Shown piece by piece: positions 55,333 to 64,000 of a stretch of DNA of 64,000 nucleotides. Source of the stretch: Nitrospirota bacterium (lineage in GTDB: Bacteria; Nitrospirota; Thermodesulfovibrionia; Thermodesulfovibrionales; Dissulfurispiraceae); contig CAVPZX010000003.1 of the NCBI GenBank assembly GCA_963710375.1, forward strand, positions 288,001 through 352,000, given 5' to 3'. Position 1 is the stretch's first letter. Each line of letters starts with the position of its first letter. A program made the translations under genes and the position numbers. The notes under the pieces were generated by a model. That model worked only from the letters and a program-made list of their open reading frames with translations, ran no database searches and was not told where the DNA came from.

Positions 55333-56840
55333 ACATTGCTGCTAGCGCTTTATCCGAGCATGGCATTAAAGCCGATGTCATCATTATTCCCCTTTTCGAA
55401 GCAGTTAAGCCTGAACGCTATGCCGACATCGATGCTGCTATCGGCGGCCTTATCTCAAATGTTATAGCATCAAAAGAGTTCACCGGGAAACAAAACCAGC
55501 TTACACTCCTTCATGTTCAGCATATCCGTGCAGAAAGGATCCTTCTTGTCGGGATAGGGAAGGTTGCTGAAATCAGCTCTGAACGGCTGCGGCAGGCGGG
55601 CGGCAAGGCGTTCTCTTATATTAAAAATCTTGGTTTTCAGGAAATTGCAGTGTCGGTCAGATCCTTTGATGATACGGCCCGGGATTTGCCTAGCAGCCGT
55701 ACCGCTCGTTATAAACAGGTCGTATATTTTATAGAAGGTGGGCTCCTAGCCATTTACCAGTTTGAAAAATATAAAAAAGCTGAAAACAGCAAAAATATAA
55801 AGAGAATAACTATCCTTGACAATGATGGAACTCTTCCGTTGAAGCGCTTGCAGAGCGTTGTTTCCGCGGTCTATCTGGCCCGGGACCTTGTCAATACCCC
55901 TTCGAATGATTTGACTCCAATCCATATGAGCGAAAAAGCCAGGGATGTTGCCGGGAAAAAGGTAAAGGTCAGGATATTGGAGGAGAAAGAAATAAAGCGG
56001 GAGGGGATGGAGGCATACCTTTCGGTTTCACGAGGCTCAGTAGCTCCGCCCCGTTTTGTTGTTATGGAATACAAGGGCGGCAGAGGTGTTCCGGTGGTGC
56101 TTATAGGCAAGTCGATCACATTCGACAGCGGTGGAATCTCGATCAAGCCTGCAGAGGGGATGGAGAAGATGAAGTACGACATGGCTGGAGGCGCTGCAGT
56201 TATAGCAGTCATGAAGGCTGCCTCAGAACTGGCGTTGCCGCTTAATCTGACAGGTATATTGCCGGTTGCTGAGAACCTGCCCGGAAGTGCTGCATTCAAA
56301 CCCGGCGATGTTGTCAAAACAATGAATGGCAAAACAATAGAAATCATCAGTACTGATGCCGAAGGAAGGTTGACCCTTGCAGATGCTATATGTTATGCAA
56401 TAAAATACTATAAGCCGAAGGCGATCATTGATATTGCGACCCTAACCGGGGCCTGTTCCATTGCCCTGGGAAACGAGGCCATTGCGATGATGGGCACCGA
56501 TTCTGTTCTTATGGAAAACATGAAAGATGCGTCGGTTGAAACATCTGAGCGGGTATGGCAGATGCCTCTCTATGATGAATACAGGGAATATCTGAAAAGT
56601 GATATTGCCGATATGAAAAATGCTGGGGGACGGACCGGTTCGCTTATGGCTGCCGGATACTTCCTTAAGGAATTTGCAGGAGAAACTCCTTGGGTGCACC
56701 TTGACATTGCAGGCACTGCGTGGAATGAAAAGGATAAGCCTTATATTCCCAAAGGGTCGACAGGTGTTGGTGTAAGGTTGATAATCGATTTTTTAGATCA
56801 CCTGGGAACATCGCACCCCGCAAAGCACTCAGATGGGTAG
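55329..56840 (+). CDS. pepA: Leucyl aminopeptidase (M17)
   Basis: GKSITFDSGGISIK, MKYDMAG, TDAEGRL.LAD, IATLTGA, WVHLDIAG. Confidence 0.97.
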   Translation: MNIAASALSEHGIKADVIIIPLFEAVKPERYADIDAAIGGLISNVIASKEFTGKQNQLTLLHVQHIRAERILLVGIGKVAEISSERLRQAGGKAFSYIKNLGFQEIAVSVRSFDDTARDLPSSRTARYKQVVYFIEGGLLAIYQFEKYKKAENSKNIKRITILDNDGTLPLKRLQSVVSAVYLARDLVNTPSNDLTPIHMSEKARDVAGKKVKVRILEEKEIKREGMEAYLSVSRGSVAPPRFVVMEYKGGRGVPVVLIGKSITFDSGGISIKPAEGMEKMKYDMAGGAAVIAVMKAASELALPLNLTGILPVAENLPGSAAFKPGDVVKTMNGKTIEIISTDAEGRLTLADAICYAIKYYKPKAIIDIATLTGACSIALGNEAIAMMGTDSVLMENMKDASVETSERVWQMPLYDEYREYLKSDIADMKNAGGRTGSLMAAGYFLKEFAGETPWVHLDIAGTAWNEKDKPYIPKGSTGVGVRLIIDFLDHLGTSHPAKHSDG

Positions 56841-56895
56841 CGTATTGAGTGCTCGGGTGGCCTGTACTTAAGTTTGTCACGGAGGAAATGAAGAT

Positions 56896-57585
56896 ATGCT
56901 TACACTGCTTTTTGTTATAGGTTTTATCCTGGTCCCTTCTTTTGCTTTTGCATGGGGTCCGCTCACCCACATGTATCTGGCTAATGAGCTTTACTCCTAT
57001 GCCCCTCTTGTTCCAGCAGGAATTTTCGCGATAATTAAAAAATACAAACAGGATTTTCTTTATGGCAACTTGATGGCAGACATTATTTTAGGGAAAAAAT
57101 ACCTGCCTGAAGACAAAAGCTCACACAGCTGGGAGGTTGCCCTCAATCTCCTGGAGCATGCCGAAAATGGTCCTGAGAAGGCTTTTGTTTATGGATACTT
57201 GAGCCATCTTGCTGCTGATACTGTTGCCCATGGTATATTGACAGATGATATGCTGAATATGGAGCATACATGGATCGAACTCAAAGCTGACAGTATGATC
57301 GACAAGGATTACTGGTTTCAGTCCGTGACCTTCAGCAAGGCGGTGCAGAGGAGAAATGACCGGTTCCTCGAAAGCTCTCTCGACAGTTTCGTTTTTTCAT
57401 TCAAGACCAACAAGCGAATATACAAAGGCATGGTGTTTTTGTCTTTTCTCATCCTGAAAAAAAAGAAAAGACGTGGAATCAACGAAAGTTATCTCTGCCA
57501 GCTTCATGACGAATCAATAGCCCGCATGATTGATTTGATCAAAAACGGCAGAGATTCTGCTGTTATCGATATCAGCCCGCTGTAA
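56896..57585 (+). CDS. Zinc-dependent phospholipase C/P1 nuclease-fold protein
   Basis: Signal peptide ending AFA|W-G-P-L-T-H; G...AD, SH, GYLSHLAAD..AH, H...E Zn ligands. Confidence 0.8.
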   Translation: MLTLLFVIGFILVPSFAFAWGPLTHMYLANELYSYAPLVPAGIFAIIKKYKQDFLYGNLMADIILGKKYLPEDKSSHSWEVALNLLEHAENGPEKAFVYGYLSHLAADTVAHGILTDDMLNMEHTWIELKADSMIDKDYWFQSVTFSKAVQRRNDRFLESSLDSFVFSFKTNKRIYKGMVFLSFLILKKKKRRGINESYLCQLHDESIARMIDLIKNGRDSAVIDISPL

Positions 57586-57690
57586 GAACCGTGAAATGTG
57601 AAAGGTGAATCGTGAATAAAGGAAACATTATTATGACGTTTCACGCTACTATGACGTTTCACTTTTCACTTTTCACTTTTCACGGTTCTT
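57584..57690. repeat. Heptamer tandem-repeat hairpin
   Basis: aagaaccgtgaaatgtgaaaggtgaatcgtgaa ... (tttcact)x3 tttcacggttctt; the outer arms are perfectly complementary. Confidence 0.85.
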
Positions 57691-58926
57691 ATGTTCGATA
57701 AGAACTACCTTTTGCCTGCGGATGCACTGGGGCGCATAATGGAAGGTCTGGCCTATAGCCTGCCGGCCTCTGAAATGCTGCCTATTGAGGAGTGTTACGG
57801 TAGAGTCATTGCCGCTGATATTGTCTCGCCTGAAGATCTTCCTGCATTTCCCCGTTCAACAGTTGACGGGTATGCTGTCCATGCAGAGGATACGTTTGGC
57901 TCAAAGGAGACCTCGCCTGCATATCTTAACCTGAAATATGAAGTGCTCATGGGTATTGCACCTGACTTTGAACTTAGTAAGGGATTTGCTGCAAAAATAC
58001 CAACGGGGGGAATGCTGCCGGCAGGGGCTGACGCGGTAGTGATGCTTGAGTATGTACAGTCGGCTTCGGAAAGTATGGTCGAAATTCTTAGGTCTGCAGC
58101 ACCAGGCGATAACGTCATCAGGCAGGGCGAAGACATAAAAAAAGGTGTAACAGTCCTTACTGCAGGGAAAATGCTCATGGCTCAGGATATAGGTGCTCTT
58201 GCCGGTATCGGCATTACCAGTATCGAGGTTTTTAAAAAACCCATAGTGTCATTCATATCCACCGGTGATGAGATTGTGACCGCGGAGAGTCCTCTGCGTA
58301 TCGGGCAGGTGAGGGACATCAATTCCTTTACCCTGGCAGGCCTTATAATGTCCCATGGCGGCATACTGGTTAAAAAGGGCATATTCAGGGATGATTATGA
58401 AGTTATAAAGAAAGCTGTCGAAGATTCTCTGAATGATTCTGATATGGTGCTGATAAGCGGAGGCACTTCAGCCGGTATTAAAGATATGACGGCAGCGATT
58501 ATCAATGATATAGGCAAGCCGGGTGTTCTCTTTCACGGCGTGTCCCTCAAGCCGGGAAAACCGATGATCGGAGGGGTGGTGAATGGTAAACCGGTGCTGG
58601 GACTCCCGGGACATCCTGCGGCAACCGTTGTCTGTTTTGATGTATTTATAAAGCCTATTCTGGATAAGTTGCGCGGCCTGGGCAATAAAAAGTATTATAT
58701 CAAGTCGATAAAAGCAAAGATGGCAAAGAGTATTGCATCTGCTGCAGGAAGGGAGGACCACATACGCGTTTATGTGGACGAAAAAGAAGGGACACAGTTC
58801 GCTTTCCCTGTATTAGGAAAATCGGGACTGATTACTACACTGGTGAAGGCCGATGGCGTAGTAGTGATTCCTCAAGCTAAATTAGGGCTTGATGCAGGGG
58901 AAGAGGTTACAGTCAGGTTATTTTAG
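57691..58926 (+). CDS. moeA: Molybdopterin molybdenumtransferase
   Basis: P.F.RS.VDGYA, I.TGG.LP.GADAVV..E, STGDE, SGGTSAG..D, KPGKP, GLPGHP. Confidence 0.96.
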   Translation: MFDKNYLLPADALGRIMEGLAYSLPASEMLPIEECYGRVIAADIVSPEDLPAFPRSTVDGYAVHAEDTFGSKETSPAYLNLKYEVLMGIAPDFELSKGFAAKIPTGGMLPAGADAVVMLEYVQSASESMVEILRSAAPGDNVIRQGEDIKKGVTVLTAGKMLMAQDIGALAGIGITSIEVFKKPIVSFISTGDEIVTAESPLRIGQVRDINSFTLAGLIMSHGGILVKKGIFRDDYEVIKKAVEDSLNDSDMVLISGGTSAGIKDMTAAIINDIGKPGVLFHGVSLKPGKPMIGGVVNGKPVLGLPGHPAATVVCFDVFIKPILDKLRGLGNKKYYIKSIKAKMAKSIASAAGREDHIRVYVDEKEGTQFAFPVLGKSGLITTLVKADGVVVIPQAKLGLDAGEEVTVRLF

Positions 58927-58933
58927 GTACCAA

Positions 58934-59986
58934 ATGGAAAAGGCGATCAAAAATATTTTCACTCAAATAGGCCATCCTGTGAATCTCATGGAAGTATGCG
59001 GCACTCATACTGTGGCTATATTCAAACATGGCATTCGGAGCCTTTTGCCGGAAGGTCTTAAGCTGCTCAGCGGGCCGGGCTGTCCTGTGTGCGTAACGTC
59101 CATAAGGGACATAGACAAAGCTGTTGCTATCTCGAAGCATGATGATGTGATTTTCATGACTTTCGGTGATATGATGCGCGTGCCCGGCGGACAACAGTCT
59201 CTGGCTGAGGCAAAGGCGGAAGGAGCGGATGTCCGGATTGTGTATTCTCCTCTTGATTGCCTGGTAACAGCAAAAGAAAATGTTGATAAGAAAATAGTAT
59301 TCTTTTCCGCAGGCTTTGAAACTACCGCACCGTCCGAGGCTGCTACACTGTTCGAAGCTGAGCGGCAGGCTATCAAAAATTTCTATCTGCTATCGGTGAA
59401 CAAGCTTGTTCCCCCTGCGCTAGAAGTGCTTCTGAAGTCAGATGAGGTGAGAATAGATGGCTTTCTCATGCCGGGACATGTAAGTACAATTATTGGAAGC
59501 AGGGTCTACAATTCCATATCTGAGAAATATCGAAAGCCCTGTGTGATCACGGGTTTCGGAGCCAATGACATTCTTGGCGGTATTTTGATGCTGTTGAAGC
59601 AAATCGCTGAAGAAAGGGCATCTGTTGAGATTCAATATAAAAGTGTTGTTACCGAAGAAGGAAATAAAAAGGCTCTTGATTTCATTGCCGAATATTTCGA
59701 GCCCTGTGACAGCTATTGGAGGGGCATAGGGCTATTGCACGGCAGTGGATTAAAGCTGAAAGAGAAATGGCGCCACAGGGATGCAGAGGCGCTATTCGAC
59801 CTGAATATTCCCGATGTTCCCGAACCAAAAGGATGCCTTTGCGGGCTGGTCCTGCGTGGGGTGAAGATTCCGTCAGAATGCCCTCTCTTCGGCAAGGCAT
59901 GCACTCCCGAGAGGCCGGTCGGGGCCTGCATGGTAAGCACCGAGGGAAGCTGTGCAGCCTACTACAGGTTCGGCGCTACGCTGTAA
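58934..59986 (+). CDS. hypD: [NiFe]-hydrogenase maturation protein HypD
   Basis: MEVCGTHT, SGPGCPVC, GFETT.P, PGHVS, GACMVSTEGSCAAYY. Confidence 0.97.
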   Translation: MEKAIKNIFTQIGHPVNLMEVCGTHTVAIFKHGIRSLLPEGLKLLSGPGCPVCVTSIRDIDKAVAISKHDDVIFMTFGDMMRVPGGQQSLAEAKAEGADVRIVYSPLDCLVTAKENVDKKIVFFSAGFETTAPSEAATLFEAERQAIKNFYLLSVNKLVPPALEVLLKSDEVRIDGFLMPGHVSTIIGSRVYNSISEKYRKPCVITGFGANDILGGILMLLKQIAEERASVEIQYKSVVTEEGNKKALDFIAEYFEPCDSYWRGIGLLHGSGLKLKEKWRHRDAEALFDLNIPDVPEPKGCLCGLVLRGVKIPSECPLFGKACTPERPVGACMVSTEGSCAAYYRFGATL

Positions 59987-60055
59987 CCAACAGAACGACT
60001 GAAATCGACTTCATCCATTTGCTCATAGAAATCATCGGGTTCTCTATGCTAGACT

Positions 60056-63000
60056 GTGATAATGTTGGGGCAAATTCTTAATCCGGCGAATTATTCCTTC
60101 AAAGGCATCAGTCTGATATTCCCAGTGATATCGGTCTCTATAGTGCTGCATAATGTTTGGTTAATACGCAAGGGAAGTCTGAAACAGGTGTACGTGACGT
60201 GGTCACTGTTGGGACTCTCGATTTTACTTTGGGTGATGCCCACCTTTTTCTTCATGAATGCGGTGCGTGAGGATGTGGCCCTATGGTGGTCGAAGGCCTC
60301 CTTTCTCGGCATTCCCTTTATCTCTGCTGCCCTGTACCATTTCACCGTGACGCTCTGCAAGAGGTATAGCAAAAACAGAGTGCGCGTATGGATAGGATGG
60401 GCTGGTTCGGCCTTCTTTTCGGTGCTGTTCACCCAAACCAATCTTCTGACTAGCGGTTTGCATCATTATTCGTGGGGATTTTTTAGCGCATTTTCCCGAC
60501 TGACCATCCTCTTTCTCCTGTTTTTCTGGCTCTATATGGGCCTGAGCGTGCGTGAGTTCGCGCGTGCGTGGAAAAAGACCAACCCTTCCACTACGCAGCA
60601 TCGGCGTATCAGTGCCCTTTTATTCGTCCTTGGGTTCGGCTTAGTCGGAAATATGGATTTCCTCACAGGGTTTGGCGTCCCTGTCTATCCCTGCGGCGCT
60701 CTTGTGGTCTACGTGGCCCTACTGATCGCCACATGGACTATCACGAAGTACCAGCTTATAGATATCACTCCCGGGTTTGCGGCCAAGAGCATAATAGACA
60801 CGATGAACGACTCGTTGATCGTCCTCGAAGAAGACGGCATTATCCGTTTGGTAAATAGCGCTGCCATTGTCCTTCTGGGGCATGATGCCAAGGAACTCCT
60901 GGGTCATAATGTTTTCGAGTTTTTTCCGGGGGAGAGGTCCCGGGAGGTATTCGATCCCAAAAGCGCGTCTGGTACGGTGCGGCATGTCGAGCTTCCGTAC
61001 CGCAGGGACGACGGTCAGGAGTTGACGCTCGACATTTCGGTATCATTCATGTGGGAACGGGACCGTTTGATAGCCTGTATCTGCATACTCCGGGACGTCA
61101 CACAGGAGAGGCTGGCGGCGAGGGCACTACAGCGCGCATACGAAGAGACGGAACTCAGGGTTGTGCAGCGGACGACCGAACTGCGTCAGAGCAATGAGCA
61201 GTTAAAGGAAGAGATAGCGGAGCGCAAGCTTGTGGAAGAGGCGCTCAAGAAGGCGAAGACTGCAGCAGAAGCGGCAAATGTGGCTAAGGGCGAATTTCTG
61301 GCAAACATGAGTCATGAAATCCGCACCCCGATGAACGGCATAATGGGGATGACGGGCTTGCTTCTAGACACAGGGCTTTCTGAGGAGCAGAGGAACTATG
61401 CCGAGATGCTGCGCTCAAGCGGCGAGTTGTTGCTGGGCCTGATCAACGACATCCTTGACTTCTCCAAAATAGAGGCAGGCAAACTGGAGATAGAGACAAT
61501 AGAGTTTGATCTGAGAAACACGCTTGAAGAGACTGCTGAGTTTATGGCCTTGAGGGCCTATGAAAAGGGTCTTGAGTTAATATGCCGGATAGACCCCGGC
61601 GTCCACACATTTCTAATAGGCGACCCTGGCCGGCTTCGCCAGGTATTAGTTAACCTGATAGGGAATGCCATCAAGTTCACCTCAGTGGGCGAGGTGGTTA
61701 TCGAAGCAGTGGCGGAATATGAGAGAGACGGTCAAATTGCGGTGCGCTTCAATATAAGGGATACTGGCATTGGTATAGCGGAAGACAAACTGCCTTTATT
61801 GTTTGACAGTTTTCAGCAGGTTGATGCCTCGACATCGAGGAAGTTTGGAGGCAGTGGCCTAGGGTTGGCCATATCTAGGCGTCTGGTTGAGCTAATGAAC
61901 GGCAGGATAGGGGTTGAAAGCATAGAAGGGAAGGGTTCCAACTTCTGGTTTACAGCAGTGTTCGATAAGGGGAGTCAGCCGGACAGGGGAGAAATGTCTC
62001 CATTTGCCGATATCAGCGGGGTGAGGATACTGTCAGTAGACGACAATGCGGTGAACCGCATTGTAATTGCAGAGCAGATGAAGTCGTGGGGGGTGCGCCA
62101 TGCAGAGGCCGGGGGAGCTTTAACGGCAATGGAGATGCTCCATGCTGCTCAAGCTGAAGGGAACCCTTTTCGGGTTGTAGTTACTGATATGCAAATGCCT
62201 GGGATGGATGGCGAAGCCCTTGCCATGGCCATCAAGGCAGACCCGGTTTTGAGGGATACTTTGCTGATTATGCTGACATCCAGTGGAGTGAGGGGAGATT
62301 CAAAGCGGCTTGCGAGCCTTGGATTTTCCGCATATCTAACCAAACCTGTAAGGATGTTCCAACTGCACGACTGCATAGCCGCAGTCCTTGGTGGGAGCAG
62401 TCTGCATGAAAAGGCCCAGGAATCCGCCATTATTACGAAGCATTGGCTTCGTGAGGCATCCAGGCAGAATGCGCGCATTCTACTGGTGGAGGATAACAAA
62501 GTGAATAAACTGGTGGCAGAGGGCATTCTGGGCAAATTGGGGTTTATTGCTGACACCGCTGACAATGGCCAGCAGGCGATCAATATGATGGAAGCCGCTT
62601 CTTACGACATAGTCTTCATGGATGTGCAGATGCCTGTTATGGATGGGTATCAGGCGGCCAAAGCTATCCGGGGTGGCAAGACAAAGGCAGCGAATCCCAA
62701 TGTACCTATTATTGCAATGACAGCCCATGCCATGAAGGGTGACAGGGAGAAATGCCTGCAAAGCGGGATGGACGATTACATCTCAAAGCCGATCTCACCG
62801 GGGAAATTGTCCAAGGTGCTCGAAAAATGGCTGCCGCAGGCGAGGGTCAAGTTGCCGGCGGAAACTGATACGGCCCATGATAAGACAGCAGCGGCAGTAG
62901 AAGCATTGCCGGTCTTTGACTATGCAGGGCTAATGGAGCGCATAATGGATGACAAGGGTCTTGCCGGAACAATCGTTACGGCATTCCTGAAAGAAATACC

Positions 63001-63250
63001 CTGGATGGTTGATGACCTCAGGGAGCAGATAGTGCGGGGCGATGCGGGACTTGCGGGCAGACAAGCCCACAAGATCAAGGGGGCAACGGCCAACACAGGA
63101 TGTATGGCAATGAGCGCCATAGCAGCTGATATGCAGAAGGCCGGAGAACAAGGGGAAATGGAGACACTGATTGCACTTATGCCTGAGCTTGAAAGCCAGC
63201 TTGAGTTACTGAAGGCTAAAATCAAAGACTCGGGGGCCCTTGAGGCATGA
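60056..63250 (+). CDS. Hybrid sensor kinase (7TM sensor, PAS, HisKA, HATPase, two REC, Hpt)
   Basis: [41 protein letters not shown] twice, AHKIKG Hpt motif. Confidence 0.95.
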   Translation: MIMLGQILNPANYSFKGISLIFPVISVSIVLHNVWLIRKGSLKQVYVTWSLLGLSILLWVMPTFFFMNAVREDVALWWSKASFLGIPFISAALYHFTVTLCKRYSKNRVRVWIGWAGSAFFSVLFTQTNLLTSGLHHYSWGFFSAFSRLTILFLLFFWLYMGLSVREFARAWKKTNPSTTQHRRISALLFVLGFGLVGNMDFLTGFGVPVYPCGALVVYVALLIATWTITKYQLIDITPGFAAKSIIDTMNDSLIVLEEDGIIRLVNSAAIVLLGHDAKELLGHNVFEFFPGERSREVFDPKSASGTVRHVELPYRRDDGQELTLDISVSFMWERDRLIACICILRDVTQERLAARALQRAYEETELRVVQRTTELRQSNEQLKEEIAERKLVEEALKKAKTAAEAANVAKGEFLANMSHEIRTPMNGIMGMTGLLLDTGLSEEQRNYAEMLRSSGELLLGLINDILDFSKIEAGKLEIETIEFDLRNTLEETAEFMALRAYEKGLELICRIDPGVHTFLIGDPGRLRQVLVNLIGNAIKFTSVGEVVIEAVAEYERDGQIAVRFNIRDTGIGIAEDKLPLLFDSFQQVDASTSRKFGGSGLGLAISRRLVELMNGRIGVESIEGKGSNFWFTAVFDKGSQPDRGEMSPFADISGVRILSVDDNAVNRIVIAEQMKSWGVRHAEAGGALTAMEMLHAAQAEGNPFRVVVTDMQMPGMDGEALAMAIKADPVLRDTLLIMLTSSGVRGDSKRLASLGFSAYLTKPVRMFQLHDCIAAVLGGSSLHEKAQESAIITKHWLREASRQNARILLVEDNKVNKLVAEGILGKLGFIADTADNGQQAINMMEAASYDIVFMDVQMPVMDGYQAAKAIRGGKTKAANPNVPIIAMTAHAMKGDREKCLQSGMDDYISKPISPGKLSKVLEKWLPQARVKLPAETDTAHDKTAAAVEALPVFDYAGLMERIMDDKGLAGTIVTAFLKEIPWMVDDLREQIVRGDAGLAGRQAHKIKGATANTGCMAMSAIAADMQKAGEQGEMETLIALMPELESQLELLKAKIKDSGALEA

Positions 63251-64000
63251 TAACCGCTGTGCCGATTTTTCAGCTATCCAGCTACTCGTTCAATTTATGG
63301 GCAATCCCCGTTGCCTGTGTCGTTGTCATCATCGTATCGAATTCCGTCATTATGAAGTTATTTTATGAACGTAGTTTTGGGCGGGCCGGCTTGACACTCA
63401 ACCTGATGACATTCTTTATCTTAATATGGCTGGTCTCATTTATCTTTATGTACAGCACAACCAATGCAGACGTTGCTTTTTGGTGGGCAAAAGCAGCCTA
63501 TCTCGGCGTCCCTTTTATTGCGCCCGCTCTTTATTTGTTTGTCATCACCGCATTGAAACTCTACGAAAAGCATAAACGGCTTAATGTCCTATTTTGGGTA
63601 TTATCATTGTTTTTTTCCATTCTCATGGTAGGTACGGACTTGATCGTCAGCAAGGTAAAGCTTTTTTTTTGGGGGTATTACCCTCAGTTCACTTTGTGGA
63701 GCATAATGTACCTGGTCCCTTCCGGGATTATACTAGGAATGAGCTACCACAATCTTCTGCAGGCCTATAAGCAGGAAATATACAACCACGACAGGCATCT
63801 TCGCATCAAGTCGTTCCTCCTTTTCTTTGGTATTGGAATATTGGCGCTGGTTGATTATTGCGCGAACTTTGGTTTTGCCATATATCCTCCCGGCTACCTG
63901 GCGATGTTTGTCAACGTGGTCGTCCTCACCAGGGCTGTGGCAAAATACCAGCTTGTTGATATCACTCCGAAGTTTGCAGCGCAGAGTGTTCTCGATACGA
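63247..64000 (+). CDS. Second 7TM-sensor signalling protein (partial, runs off the window)
   Basis: ATGA overlap with the upstream stop; [16 protein letters not shown]...[18 protein letters not shown]...[19 protein letters not shown] parallels the N-terminus of 60056-63250. Confidence 0.85.
   Translation, partial: MITAVPIFQLSSYSFNLWAIPVACVVVIIVSNSVIMKLFYERSFGRAGLTLNLMTFFILIWLVSFIFMYSTTNADVAFWWAKAAYLGVPFIAPALYLFVITALKLYEKHKRLNVLFWVLSLFFSILMVGTDLIVSKVKLFFWGYYPQFTLWSIMYLVPSGIILGMSYHNLLQAYKQEIYNHDRHLRIKSFLLFFGIGILALVDYCANFGFAIYPPGYLAMFVNVVVLTRAVAKYQLVDITPKFAAQSVLDT

Noticed and set aside
1..64000. CRISPR array or cas genes
   Set aside because: Repeats are either dispersed ~180-bp elements or 7-9-mer tandems without unique spacers; no cas-like ORF.

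Overview
A 64-kb bacterial chromosomal window from a diderm organism. The gene set and style suggest an anaerobic Nitrospirota or Desulfobacterota-like lineage; this is an impression, not a result. Contents in order: a secreted cupredoxin; a B12-radical SAM gene; mlaEFDC; a sigma54-driven S/T/Q/N-rich protein; a Pho-box-preceded operon (phosphoesterase, orphan solute-binding protein, repeat lipoprotein); two adjacent type II secretion (T2SS) clusters of different architecture (10.9-21.1 kb and 21.3-33.7 kb); an HDOD/HD-GYP operon; ribF-coaE-mutS; a duplicated HDOD plus mini P-loop NTPase module with a DHp-only HDOD protein; a radical SAM/SPASM enzyme followed by an unannotated 20-aa Cys-rich peptide; a housekeeping block (TPR lipoprotein, ispE, tRNA-Gln, prs, rplY, pth, pepA, moeA, hypD); and two 7TM sensor kinases, the second partial. 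Intergenic DNA is dense in ~170-220 bp MITE-like elements (four families) and in 7/8/9-mer tandem-repeat hairpins. Best leads: (1) the SPASM enzyme plus peptide as a candidate RiPP system; (2) the HDOD/mini-NTPase module with leaderless-type promoters; (3) MITE sequence inside three cleavable pseudopilin leaders; (4) a Pho-box-preceded operon divergent from T2SS cluster 1; (5) a secretin ending in a subtilase-propeptide-like domain; (6) hairpins that join a stop codon to the next start codon. The three clear frameshifts can all be repaired to AGCT, so they are probably methylation-linked sequencing errors. No CRISPR array, rRNA, transposase or integrase was seen.
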